A DNA stretch of 64,000 bases, from contig OZ240241.1 in NCBI GenBank assembly GCA_965198115.1, positions 1,472,001 through 1,536,000 of the forward strand, given 5' to 3'. The notes under the pieces are model-generated. The model saw only the letters and a list, made by a program, of their open reading frames with translations, was not told where the DNA came from and did no database searches. Position 1 is the stretch's first letter, and each line of letters begins with the position of its first letter. The translations under genes and the position numbers were made by a program. Source of the DNA: Candidatus Latescibacterota bacterium. Its GTDB lineage: Bacteria; Latescibacterota; UBA2968. Positions 29,379 through 40,016 of the stretch are shown piece by piece.

Positions 29379-30799
29379 GGCTATATTCGGATCTCTCAAC
29401 GAGATGAAGTGGGTGAAGGTGCCGTGGTTCCTGGCATGGGGGCGCGGTTAGAGTGTGCGGAACCTCTTCGGAATCTGCTCAGGGATGTTTATGTCTCCGA
29501 CGGTAAGGAAGATCATATCGTTGAATGCGTCGAGTGTGCGGAATCCGCTGGCTCGGTTCTTGACGATTTGGACGATTCGGTTGAGGCCTTCGGCGATGGC
29601 GTTGGTAAGACGCGTGTTCACGAATGCGAGGACGCCGAAGAAGTGCTGTCGCAGGGTCCTGACGAACTTTCGCAGGGGTTCAAGTCGACTTCTGAGTGCG
29701 GACGTCGTCCAGCATTTCAGGAAGCGTTCGGCAGCCCAGGGCGCTTTGTATTCCCAGAACTGCTCGAACTCGTCCTTGAGTCTCCAGGCTCTATAGATTC
29801 GGTAGTTCGCCTTCTCCAGTGCTTTGAGTGTCCGAGTATCCCCTCTGGAGCGTGTCGCTGAGTGCCGGTAGAGGAGCCATCGGAGGCCCTTCATGGCTTT
29901 GCGCTCATCCGGGGCAGCTTTACGCCACTGGTCCTTACGGACCTCGTCAACGGCGGCATTGAGAGCCTTGACGATGTGAAAGCGATCGAGGACCAGCTTG
30001 GCATTCGGACAGTGTTCCTGGATGGCTCCGATGTAAGCTTCGCTCATGTCGCAGCAGGCCCCACTCGATCTTGGATCTCCGGTAGGGACTGAGAGCCTCT
30101 GTGAAGAACCGATCGATCGTTTTACGCGCCCTGCCGCGGCCAACCCACACCACGCAGGAGCGGTCCAGATCGTAAACGAGCGTGGCGTACCTGTGACGCT
30201 TGGCGTAGGAGATCTCGTCGATCCCGATGGTTTTGAGCCCTCGGATACGATGACCTTCACGAAGCCGCGTGATGGATCGGTGAAGGAGATCCGACAGCGT
30301 CGAGGCAGAGATGCGCAGCAACTCGGACGCCGCCTTCTGCGTCATGGTCTGGCAGTAGCGCAGCATGGCATACTCGAAGCGATACGTCACCCGAGAGAAC
30401 CGCTCCGCCCACGGAATCTCCTCGACCACACGACCGTGGGTAGGACACCGAATCTCCCGAGGATGGTAGAGAAGCCAGACCCTCCACCCGCACACCGGAA
30501 TGTCACGCCACCGACGCGGATGGGGCATTGTGCGGACGATTTTACCTCGACGGCCGCATTCCGGACAACAACAACCATTCTTATGGGGCTTTACGGCGAT
30601 GACGAAACAGCTTCTCCCCTCAAACCACCAGCTGACAACACGGAACCCCTTGAATCTCAGCAGTTTCGATAGTAATCTGCTCCCGGTCATAGGTCGCACC
30701 CCCTTCGCTTTGATTGTCCTACACACACAACCAAGCGTAGGGAACGATCTATGACCTTGTCATTCTATAGTTTCACCGTTGAGAAACCCGGATAGAGCC
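29379..30799 (-). mobile_element. ISL3 copy B, +1 frameshift near 30061
   Basis: 1421 bp, IRs GGCT(A/C)TAT..CTCAACG, TSD TAAAAGAA (29371-78 / 30800-07). Confidence 0.96.
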
Positions 30800-30800
30800 T

Positions 30801-30836
30801 AAAAGAAGCCCCGCGGCACAAGCCACGGGGCTTTTC
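30801..30836. terminator. Bidirectional terminator; its A-tract was the ISL3 target
   Basis: AAAAGAAGCCCCGCGGC ACAA GCCACGGGGCTTTTC. Confidence 0.75.
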
Positions 30837-31002
30837 CTGTTCACGATCGCTCAGGTTGTTATGCGTAGTCGATTGCGGGAAACCAGTCTTCTCCACGTCC
30901 ATCCGGCGTCATGTCGAACAGGGCCCACAGGGGCCACACTAGGTCAACGTGGCGTGGATGCTCCTTTTCAAACGGCACGAAGAACAGCTCCGACGCATAG
31001 TA

Positions 31003-33654
31003 GCCTGAATCATGCATGAATTTGAGTTTAGGTTGTTTTGGAGTGATGTGATCACGCACAGGATTTGTTCTCGGCTTCTTCGGATGTCCAAGGTCCCGTA
31101 AGCGGTCTCTACGAGTCGCAAGAGTCACGATTTTCGTCCGGAACAGGTGTTGTTTTGCGACGTGTACATAGCTGTCCCCGGTATAGATCGGCGTTGTTAC
31201 TGCGTGTTCGTTTCGAGCCTGGTGATGATTGACACCAAGACGTTTTTGAGTGGATACGATGTTGGAAAATGGAATCGGATTCTTCGTGCGCTTTCAATGA
31301 CTCTCGCGCCGATTTTGAGGAAACGGTTCTGTATCGTGTTGACCTGAGGTTTGGTCCACGCGGTGCCCTTGAGTCCCTGTGATCGGAGTGCGTGAAGCAA
31401 GGCGTATGCAGCACTGTGTAGAAAGAGTCGGAACTGGTTGGCTTCAAACTTGTGGCACGATGTTCGATCGGAGTGAAGGAATGTTTTGTGGTCCTTGATG
31501 AAGCCTTCCGTGCGTCCCCTTGCGCAGTAGATACGATCATAGATAAAGCCGTCTCGATTACTCTGTAAATTGGTCACGCGGTATCTTGGATTTGCTTCGC
31601 CGTTTGTGACTTCAGCCTTGTGAATGATCCGGCGAGGCTGCCGGTAGGTGCCAGCCTGATATGAGAAGGATGAGAACAAGCGAATCGTCTCCTTATGCTC
31701 GCTCAGACGTAGCGCTTGGTCCATCAGGTTTTGTCCAGCCGCTTTGAGCCTGGAGTTGGCGCCCTGGCCCAGAACGTAGTAGATACCGTTGTCTTCGCAG
31801 AAATCGTGCATCTCTGGTGAGCTGAACTTTGAGTCTGCGCGAACGATGATCTCCACGTTTGGCATCGACGGCATCTTCATAGCCGCAAGCGATCTGAAAA
31901 ACACGCTGCTTCACAAGATCCAAAAGCGTGTGATCGATATAGCTTGGGTGACGACGATCTCGCAAAGCATCTACCATTCTGGCGATCAATCCCATCTGAG
32001 ACTCAAGGGCGCGAAGCAACAGAACTCCACCGTCACTCCTGACGGCGCCACCGGCAAAATCAGCCTCAACTACCTTGCCCGAAATGCTTGCGAATGGTAA
32101 CCGGATCTGACTAGGTTCTATCACGGTAGTTCCTTCCAAGTGTTGTTTTGATGTGTCAGCCCTAAATGTAGGGAAAAACAAACACTTGTACAAGGGGACT
32201 ACCTTTTTTATGGCTATATCCGGATCTCTCAACGAGATGAAGTGGGTGAAGGTGCCGTGGTTCCTGGCATGGGGGCGCGGTTAGAGTGTGCGGAACCTCT
32301 TCGGAATCTGCTCAGGGATGTTTATGTCTCCGACGGTAAGGAAGATCATATCGTTGAATGCGTCGAGTGTGCGGAATCCGCTGGCTCGGTTCTTGACGAT
32401 TTGGACGATTCGGTTGAGGCCTTCGGCGATGGCGTTGGTAAGACGCGTGTTCACGAATGCGAGGACGCCGAAGAAGTGCTGTCGCAGGGTCCTGACGAAC
32501 TTTCGCAGGGGTTCAAGTCGACTTCTGAGTGCGGACGTCGTCCAGCATTTCAGGAAGCGTTCGGCAGCCCAGGGCGCTTTGTATTCCCAGAACTGCTCGA
32601 ACTCGTCCTTGAGTCTCCAGGCTCTATAGATTCGGTAGTTCGCCTTCTCCAGTGCTTTGAGTGTCCGAGTATCCCCTCTGGAGCGTGTCGCTGAGTGCCG
32701 GTAGAGGAGCCATCGGAGGCCCTTCATGGCTTTGCGCTCATCCGGGGCAGCTTTACGCCACTGGTCCTTACGGACCTCGTCAACGGCGGCATTGAGAGCC
32801 TTGACGATGTGAAAGCGATCGAGGACCAGCTTGGCATTCGGACAGTGTTCCTGGATGGCTCCGATGTAAGCTTCGCTCATGTCGCAGCAGGCCCACTCGA
32901 TCTTGGATCTCTGGTAGGGACTGAGAGCCTCTGTGAAGAACCGATCGATCGTTTTACGCGCCCTGCCGCGGCCAACCCACACCACGCAGGAGCGGTCCAG
33001 ATCGTAAACGAGCGTGGCGTACCTGTGACGCTTGGCGTAGGAGATCTCGTCGATCCCGATGGTTTTGAGCCCTCGGATACGATGACCTTCACGAAGCCGC
33101 GTGATGGATCGGTGAAGGAGATCCGACAGCGTCGAGGCAGAGATGCGCAGCAACTCGGACGCCGCCTTCTGCGTCATGGTCTGGCAGTAGCGCAGCATGG
33201 CATACTCGAAGCGATACGTCACCCGAGAGAACCGCTCCGCCCACGGAATCTCCTCGACCACACGACCGTGGGTAGGACACCGAATCTCCCGAGGATGGTA
33301 GAGAAGCCAGACCCTCCACCCGCACACCGGAATGTCACGCCACCGACGCGGATGGGGCATTGTGCGGACGATTTTACCTCGACGGCCGCACTCCGGACAA
33401 CAACACAACCATTCTTATGTGGCTTTACGGCGATGACGAAACAGCTTCTCCCCTCAAACCACCAGCTGACAACACGGAACCCCTTGAATCTCAGCAGTTT
33501 CGATAGTAATCTGCTCCCGGTCATAGGTCGCACCCCCTTCGCTTTGATTGTCCTACACACACAACCAAGCGTAGGGAACGATCTATGACCTTGTCATTCT
33601 ATAGTTTCACCGTTGAGAAACCCGGATAGAGCCTTTTTTATGCATAATTCAGGC
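31003..33654 (-). mobile_element. IS1380 copy 2 with a 410-bp internal deletion, carrying ISL3 copy C
   Basis: IRs GCCTGAAT(C/T)ATGCAT at both ends, TA flanks; the junction near 31862 skips the equivalent of 1075-1484. Confidence 0.93.
32212..33633 (-). mobile_element. ISL3 copy C, +2 frameshift near 33405
   Basis: 1422 bp, TSD TTTTTTAT (32204-11 / 33634-41). Confidence 0.96.
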
Positions 33655-34270
33655 TAGTGGTGAACCGCGTCCCCACGACGGACAAAAGTGTGACACGCCG
33701 GATCCTGCTCGTCGTCTGGCTCTTCGGTGTGGTAGTCGGCATTGTAGCTGCACCGGGCTGAAGACAACATTCTGAGACTCACCCACCCACGTTCATCGGC
33801 ATAGGCCTGAACGCGGTCGATCGGCGCCTTGGCAACGACACCCAGGTTGATCCGTTGCGTCACGTGGCCGGCGCTTCCGTTCAGGCTGTCCAGAAAAGCC
33901 GTACACATCGGACACGGCTTCTCCCAGGTTGGACCGAACATGAAGCTGTAGAGAATCAGGGAGTCCTTGCCGTCTGCGAAGAGCTTCGAGATCGGTACCC
34001 GCTGCACCTCTCCGTGCACAATTTCATCGAACGCATAGTCTTCGCGAACCTCTCCACCCAGCGGAAGCGATCGCCGGACGTCGGCGACACGCTCGATCTG
34101 CGCGCGAAGTTCGATTTCCATATCCAGCAAGTCGTCGCGTGCTGCCCGATACGGGGAGGATTCGTTGGGATATCGAACGTCGTGAACCGACACGGCTGCC
34201 TCCTTGGCGCAGGTTTGTCGACATGAACCTCTCAAGAGTAAGACGATCCGACGCGCCCTTTCTGGACACG

Positions 34271-35068
34271 CTACACAGCAGCCTGGATGCCCCGCACGAA
34301 ACCGAGTGTGAACGCAAGATCACGGTCGACATCGTCGGGTTCTTTCGAGCCGACACACTCCACATACATCGGCCCGCTAAATCCACCCGCTCGCAAGTGC
34401 CCGATCACGAAAGGGAAGTCGACCCATCCTTCCCCGGGCGTAATCATGACATCGGGCTTCCCATCTTTCACGTGGCAGTCCTTGATGATCAGGGTCGATG
34501 TCATTGCAGCGACGGCGTCCACTTCCTGTTCGGGTCGAACCTCACCCACCGTGTAGTGAATGATGTTTCCCGGGTCGTAGGAAATGCTGAAGGCGGGGTG
34601 ATCCACCTGCCCGTGTAGGTCGGCCAACTCCTGGGCGGTTAGGCTGATCCCTCCGTGAGGCTTAAGAGAGATGCCCACGTTCGCTTCGGCCGCGTGAGGA
34701 GCGACACGCCTCATCACCTCGGGATAATCCTCGTAATACTCCTCCTGACTCGTTCCCAACTCCAGGAGCCACGAGGCCCCGAGGGCGGCGGCGTTGTCGA
34801 TCAGACGCCTGTAGTCATCGACCGTACCGTCGAGCCCGAGATCTAGATGGGTCCTGCCCAGCAGCATAGACGGCTTGAGGCCCGCGTTGGCTGCCGCCGA
34901 ACGCGCTGCGTCGACCTGTTCCCCCGTCGATGAAGAATCTACGGGCATCGTTCGATCGTGCGCGAAAACGGCGACATCGGTGTAGCCAGCCTTGGCGATT
35001 CGCTCGCAGGCTTCGGCGAAGGAGCATCCGCTATAGGGTCTCGTGGTGCTGCCAACTACTTCGTTCAT
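34271..35068 (-). CDS. Sugar phosphate isomerase/epimerase (xylose isomerase-like TIM barrel)
   Basis: LKPHGG, YDPGN, IKD, PGEGWVDF, GFSGPMYVE. Confidence 0.85.
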   Translation of the reverse strand: MNEVVGSTTRPYSGCSFAEACERIAKAGYTDVAVFAHDRTMPVDSSSTGEQVDAARSAAANAGLKPSMLLGRTHLDLGLDGTVDDYRRLIDNAAALGASWLLELGTSQEEYYEDYPEVMRRVAPHAAEANVGISLKPHGGISLTAQELADLHGQVDHPAFSISYDPGNIIHYTVGEVRPEQEVDAVAAMTSTLIIKDCHVKDGKPDVMITPGEGWVDFPFVIGHLRAGGFSGPMYVECVGSKEPDDVDRDLAFTLGFVRGIQAAV

Positions 35069-35195
35069 GGGATTTATCCTCGTCGCCTTCCAAAGGGTTC
35101 GTAGCGTTTCCGCGCTCTGTGATCCGTGAGTACATTGGCCGGTCGTCCGAATATACATCCTCGCAGCTTTCCAACCATCATCACCCGAGGCCATT

Positions 35196-36875
35196 GTGGC
35201 CGACGTGCATTGGGGAGCCAGGGCCGCCATCGGGCTCTTTCTCGCGACTTTCCTCTGTGTTGTGCTCCCCGTCCAGGGCGACACATCAGGGTGGAGTCTG
35301 TTTCCCCCACTGTGTGCGATCTTCATCGGCGTACTCAGCGGACGCCTCGTCATCGGGTTGAGCGTGGCCGTTCTGGGCGCCGCCGTCATCGCGTCTACCG
35401 AGACCGGCTCTCTCGCCATCATCCAGGATGCCGTCCGTACCGCGTGTCTCGACTACCTCTGGGGCCAGGTCACGGGCGAGTTCTCGCTCTACATCCTGGG
35501 CTTCACGATCGCTCTCATCGGCATGGTCCGTGTGACCTCGCTTGCCGGCGGCAATGCAGGGATAGCCGATCTGCTCGCCCGCGGCGCCGGAGGCGCCCAT
35601 TCCGCCCGCAAAGCCACGGTGCTGCTCGGACTGGCCATCTTCTTCGACGATTATGCCAACACGATCGTGGCAGGTTCGACCATGCGTCCCATCACGGATC
35701 GCTTTCACGTGTCTCGCGAGAAACTGGCCTATCTCGTCGATTCGACGGCGGCTCCGATCGCCGGCCTCGCTCTCATCAGCACCTGGATCGGCTATGAAGT
35801 CGGGCTGTTCGAGGGTCTCATGGTTGACCTGGGCACGGGTCATTCCGGGTATGCCCTCTTCTTCATGGCCTTGCCGGCCAGGTTCTACTGCATACTCGCC
35901 CTCGTCTTCGTCGCCGTATCGACCTGGTCGGGGAGGGACTTCGGTCCCATGCTGACGGCTGAAAGACGGGCACAGGAAACCGGCAAGGTCCTGCGGGATG
36001 GCGCAAAACCCCTGACCGGCCGTGAGACAGGGGTCGCCATTGCACGGGACATCGAGCCGGCCTGGTGGGTCGCAGCGCTCCCCGTCATCGCGGTCGTGCT
36101 CGCCGTCGTCGCAGGGGTCGCTCTGGATGCGGCGGATAGCGACGCCGTCCTGGCCGCACGATCCGAGCACGGCGCACTGAGCTCACACTACTGGGCCGCG
36201 GCCTTTTCGAACGCGAATTCTGGACGCGTCCTGTTTGACGCCGCCCTCGTCGGTTCGGCACTCGCACTCGTGCTCGCGCTCTCGAGACGCGATTCAGGGC
36301 GTAAACGACCCATCACCCTCGCAGCAGCGTTGACGACCTACGCTCGGGGCGTGATCGGCATCCAGTACGCAATTGCGATCCTGGTTCTAGCGTGGGCCAT
36401 CAAAGAAGCCTGTACAGCCGTCGGAACGGCCGACTACCTGACAGCCATTCTCAGCCCCCTCATCTCACCCACGATCCTCCCGCTCCTGATTTTCCTCCTC
36501 GCAGCCACGGTGGCGTTCAGCATCGGCACATCGTGGGCGACCATGGCGATCCTCGTCCCCACGGTCGTTCCCCTTGCCCACAACCTCGGTGGCCTGCCAC
36601 TCACGATTCTGGCGGCCGCCGCCGTGTTGGATGGCGCCATCTTCGGCGACCACTGCTCGCCCATCAGCGACACCACGGTCATGTCGAGCATCGCTTCATC
36701 CAGCGACCACCTCGACCACGTGCGCACGCAGATTCCCTATGCCGTCGTGACGATGCTCTGCGCAGCCCTGTTCGGATACCTCGGAGCGGCCACGCTCTAT
36801 CCCGCCTGGTTTGGCGCAATCCTGGGGGCAGCGGCCATCACCGCCATTATCTTCTCTTTTGGAAAGCGGATCTGA
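35196..36875 (+). CDS. Na+/H+ antiporter NhaC-family transporter
   Basis: IFFDDYAN, SREKLAYLVDSTAAP, GTSWAT, GDHCSPISDTT. Confidence 0.9.
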   Translation: MADVHWGARAAIGLFLATFLCVVLPVQGDTSGWSLFPPLCAIFIGVLSGRLVIGLSVAVLGAAVIASTETGSLAIIQDAVRTACLDYLWGQVTGEFSLYILGFTIALIGMVRVTSLAGGNAGIADLLARGAGGAHSARKATVLLGLAIFFDDYANTIVAGSTMRPITDRFHVSREKLAYLVDSTAAPIAGLALISTWIGYEVGLFEGLMVDLGTGHSGYALFFMALPARFYCILALVFVAVSTWSGRDFGPMLTAERRAQETGKVLRDGAKPLTGRETGVAIARDIEPAWWVAALPVIAVVLAVVAGVALDAADSDAVLAARSEHGALSSHYWAAAFSNANSGRVLFDAALVGSALALVLALSRRDSGRKRPITLAAALTTYARGVIGIQYAIAILVLAWAIKEACTAVGTADYLTAILSPLISPTILPLLIFLLAATVAFSIGTSWATMAILVPTVVPLAHNLGGLPLTILAAAAVLDGAIFGDHCSPISDTTVMSSIASSSDHLDHVRTQIPYAVVTMLCAALFGYLGAATLYPAWFGAILGAAAITAIIFSFGKRI

Positions 36876-37022
36876 AGCCAGTGTCACTCGTCTGGACACT
36901 GACATTATGGCAGTAACGCCCTTCGTCCCCATCCCTGATGTATCCGATTTAGTATCAATCCTTTACATAAATTTCTCTTACGGCACGGCGGTTGCACCTC
37001 CAAGGGGGAAAGGAGGTTCACC

Positions 37023-37900
37023 GTGTATCGACTCCAATCCGTGCTCATCCTCACAGCCCTCATCGGACTTTTGCCTGGCTGGGCTTTGTGGTTCTCGGGC
37101 TCACCGGTGCGGTCTTCGTCCTGGGTGCCGGTCTGGTCCTCAATCTCGCGACTGCTCGATCGGCCGTTCGAATGATTCTTCGCTTCCACCGGGCGCGGCT
37201 GATGCAGCCGGGTGAGGCACCGGGTCTCGTGGCCTCGATCCAGGACCTGGCGTCGCGAGCCGGGATATCCGCACCCCATTTGGCATTCTACCCCTCTGAT
37301 GTTCCGAATGCGTTCGCCCTCGCCACACGAGGTGGGCCCGGGGTCGTGGCCATCAGCACGGCCCTGCCCCGTATCCTCGACGGCGGTGAGCTGAGGGGCG
37401 TACTGGCACACGAAATCGCACATCTGCGCAATCGGGACAGTCTCCTCAGTCTTTCCGGAGGGCTGTTCGTCCAATCCATCACGACCGTGTCGAACCTGTT
37501 CGGGCTGTTTTTGTTCCTCCTCGTTCTGGCCGGCTACGCACCACCGCAAGGCGCACTCCTCCTGGCGTTCCTCGTCATCGCCGCGCCCTATGCCGCGCGT
37601 GCGCTTCACGCAGGTCTGATGCGAACACGCGAGCGACTCGCCGACCAGGATGCGGCCCTCATGACGGGCGAACCGAAGGGATTGGCGTCGGCTCTCGTCA
37701 AACTCGAGCGCTACAACCGCTACCTGGCCGGACTCCTTCGGCGATTTCGATTCATCTACACGACCCAGCTCGAAGAGGGCCCACCGTGGCTCCGTACGCA
37801 CCCCTCCACATCCGACCGGGTGTCAGCCCTGCTCGACCTCAACAGCCGGGTTCGGTTTCTTCCCACATCGACCCGCACCCGGCAAATCCAGATCGGGTAA
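37023..37900 (+). pseudogene. HtpX-like M48 zinc protease with a probable N-terminal 1-nt deletion near 37073
   Basis: PNAFA, AHEIAH, RERLAD, THP. AAAGGAGG-GTG start reads MYRLQSVLILTALIGLL, out of frame with AWLGFVVLG. Confidence 0.72.
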
Positions 37901-37958
37901 AAAAAGAAGCCGCCACCAGCGGTTGCTGGAGACGGCCACACACGCAATAGACCTCTGA

Positions 37959-39272
37959 TCAACCTGCCATGGCGGCAAGGAACGAGTCGGCCCCTTCGAG
38001 TTCCTCTTCTACTGCCTCGACCAGCAGCTGCAAACCCCGCTCTTGCATCGAAAACTGGTCGAGGGCGGCCGCCTCAACATCGGGCACCGTACTGTCTCCA
38101 CCCGACCCGAACTCGAGCTGGCGCGTGATCACATCCGCGAGGTGGACGAGGCATACCAACCGCTTGTATCGTGCGGAATCCTGCGGCTTGTGGTGGTAGA
38201 TGATCGTGTTCGTGTAATTGTTCGCAAATTTCCATTCTCCTGCAAGCACGCCACCTATTTCCGCGTGCGTCACGCCCATAATCTCTTGCTCTGCCGCGTA
38301 GATGGACGTGGAGCCGTCACCGACCATTCCGATGACTTCGCCATAGTACTCGCCGAAGTAGCGGTCGAGTACGATCTTCCCAACGTCGTGCAGCATGCCC
38401 GCTAGAAACGCAGACTCGCCCTCCTGCAGCACCTTCTTCGAAATGGCTCGAGAGGCGAAACCGACACCGACCGCGTGACGCCAGAACTCCTTACAGTCGA
38501 GTCCGGAACCGTCGTCATAATTCCCGAGCTTGTCGTAGACCTGCGCCGCCATCACGATGTTGGCGAGCTCCTCGAGTCCCAACAGAGTCACGGCCAGTTG
38601 CAAAGAGTCGACCTTCTTTCGGAACCCGTAGCCAGCCGAGTTCACGATCTTGAACACGGTCGCTAGCAGACCCGAATCGAGCTGCAGCTTATCTGCAACA
38701 TCTTCGCTCGACGAATCTTCGCTGTTGGCGAGCTTCAAAATCTCCGCGTGTGTAGCTGGAAACGAGGGCAATCCCTCGATCGACTTGACGCGATTCGTGA
38801 TGTCGCTAGAAAGTCCGGACTCGTCCTCCTCCTCGCCCGGCTTTGGTGCCTCGGCCGCTCCGTCAGCGTCGCCGTCACCCTCGGCGACTGGATCCGCCGC
38901 ACGAACCGTCGCGAGGCTGTCCAGACGTCCTTTCAGGTCACTCGGCTTAAACGGCTTGGCAAGAAAGGAGTCGGCCCCCGCGTTCTTGGCGCGGATGATC
39001 ATGTCGGGAGAGGGGTTGGCGGCGGTCAGAATGATCGGGACACTGCTGTATTTCGGGTTGATGCCCACAAGCTCCGTCAGCTTGATCCCGTTGCCCGGTA
39101 TGTCCACTTCGACAATGATGGCCTCGGGGAGTAATTCTCGAAGCTTTTGGACGGCCCCCAGCCCATCGTGGGCGACATCCGTCGAATAGTCGCTGCCGAT
39201 CATCTTGGCGATCAATCCCGACAGCTTTTCTCCATCCACGATCAGAACGGGTTTGGTTTCTTCTTCAGCCAT
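37959..39272 (-). CDS. Response regulator with HDOD domain
   Basis: Receiver (LIVDGE, FLAKPF), LPSFP, VNSA, GMLHDVGK, THAEIGG. Confidence 0.9.
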   Translation of the reverse strand: MAEEETKPVLIVDGEKLSGLIAKMIGSDYSTDVAHDGLGAVQKLRELLPEAIIVEVDIPGNGIKLTELVGINPKYSSVPIILTAANPSPDMIIRAKNAGADSFLAKPFKPSDLKGRLDSLATVRAADPVAEGDGDADGAAEAPKPGEEEDESGLSSDITNRVKSIEGLPSFPATHAEILKLANSEDSSSEDVADKLQLDSGLLATVFKIVNSAGYGFRKKVDSLQLAVTLLGLEELANIVMAAQVYDKLGNYDDGSGLDCKEFWRHAVGVGFASRAISKKVLQEGESAFLAGMLHDVGKIVLDRYFGEYYGEVIGMVGDGSTSIYAAEQEIMGVTHAEIGGVLAGEWKFANNYTNTIIYHHKPQDSARYKRLVCLVHLADVITRQLEFGSGGDSTVPDVEAAALDQFSMQERGLQLLVEAVEEELEGADSFLAAMAG

Positions 39273-39329
39273 GGCCTTACTGCGCACCTCGTTGCAAGTC
39301 GCATCCTGGGGGAATCAAAACGGCCATAA

Positions 39330-39972
39330 GTCATGACCTCCGGCAAAGCCGGAGGCTTGAAAACTTGTGAACCGCTCAAAGCGGTTGGAAACCAAGCGCC
39401 ACCTAAAGGTGGCGATTACCTGAAAATGTTGAGCTGGTCGAGACTCAGGTCCTCCCGCTCCTGGTTCTGGATATACTCCCGAACCGTCTGTTCATCCTTG
39501 CCAACGGTGGAGACCCAGTAGCCTCTTGCCCAGAAATGCTGCCCGGTGAAGTTCGACCTAACCTACGTCCCAGATAGTTCCGAGCAATGTGAATCGCACT
39601 CTTTCCTTTGATGAACCCTACCGTCTGAGCTACTGAGTGCTTCGGCGGGATCGAAATCAACGTGTGCACATGGTCGGATCGCAGGTGACCCTCTTCCACA
39701 CGGCATTCCTTCTGTGCGGCCAGATCCCGAATCACCTCGCCCAGATAGCGACGAATTTCACCATACAACACTTTTCTACGATACTTCCGAACCCAAACAA
39801 CGTCATACTTGCACTCCCATACCGTGTGACGTAGACTCCTTACGTTGTTCATTAGAGAGCCTTCCTTCCGTGTGCTTTGAGCGGTCCACGGCAAGGGAGG
39901 CCTCTTACATATTTCTGGAACTGTCAAACTCTGGGAGTCTCCCCGGCAGAGCCGGGGGCTTACCAAGGTTTA
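39330..39972 (-). mobile_element. tnpA: IS200-type element copy 1, tnpA frameshifted by a 5-bp duplication
   Basis: Subterminal hairpins CCTCCGGCAAAGCCGGAGG and CCCCGGCAGAGCCGGGG; ACCTA-ACCTA near 39556-39565. Confidence 0.92.
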
Positions 39973-40016
39973 GTTAACAGATCAGTAGGAAATCTACAAA
40001 AAATGGGGCCGCTCTG

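Larger units (their letters stand above)
30859..34193 (-). pseudogene. DUF899-family (thioredoxin-like) gene split by the IS1380::ISL3 composite
   Basis: N part 33655-34193 (PCPMCT) joins in frame to C part 30859-31002: GDAVHH|YYASEL..WPLWALFDMTPDGRG. Confidence 0.88.

Noticed and set aside
29379-33633. Composite transposon bounded by ISL3 copies B and C
   Set aside because: Each copy has its own separate TSD, so they are independent insertions.
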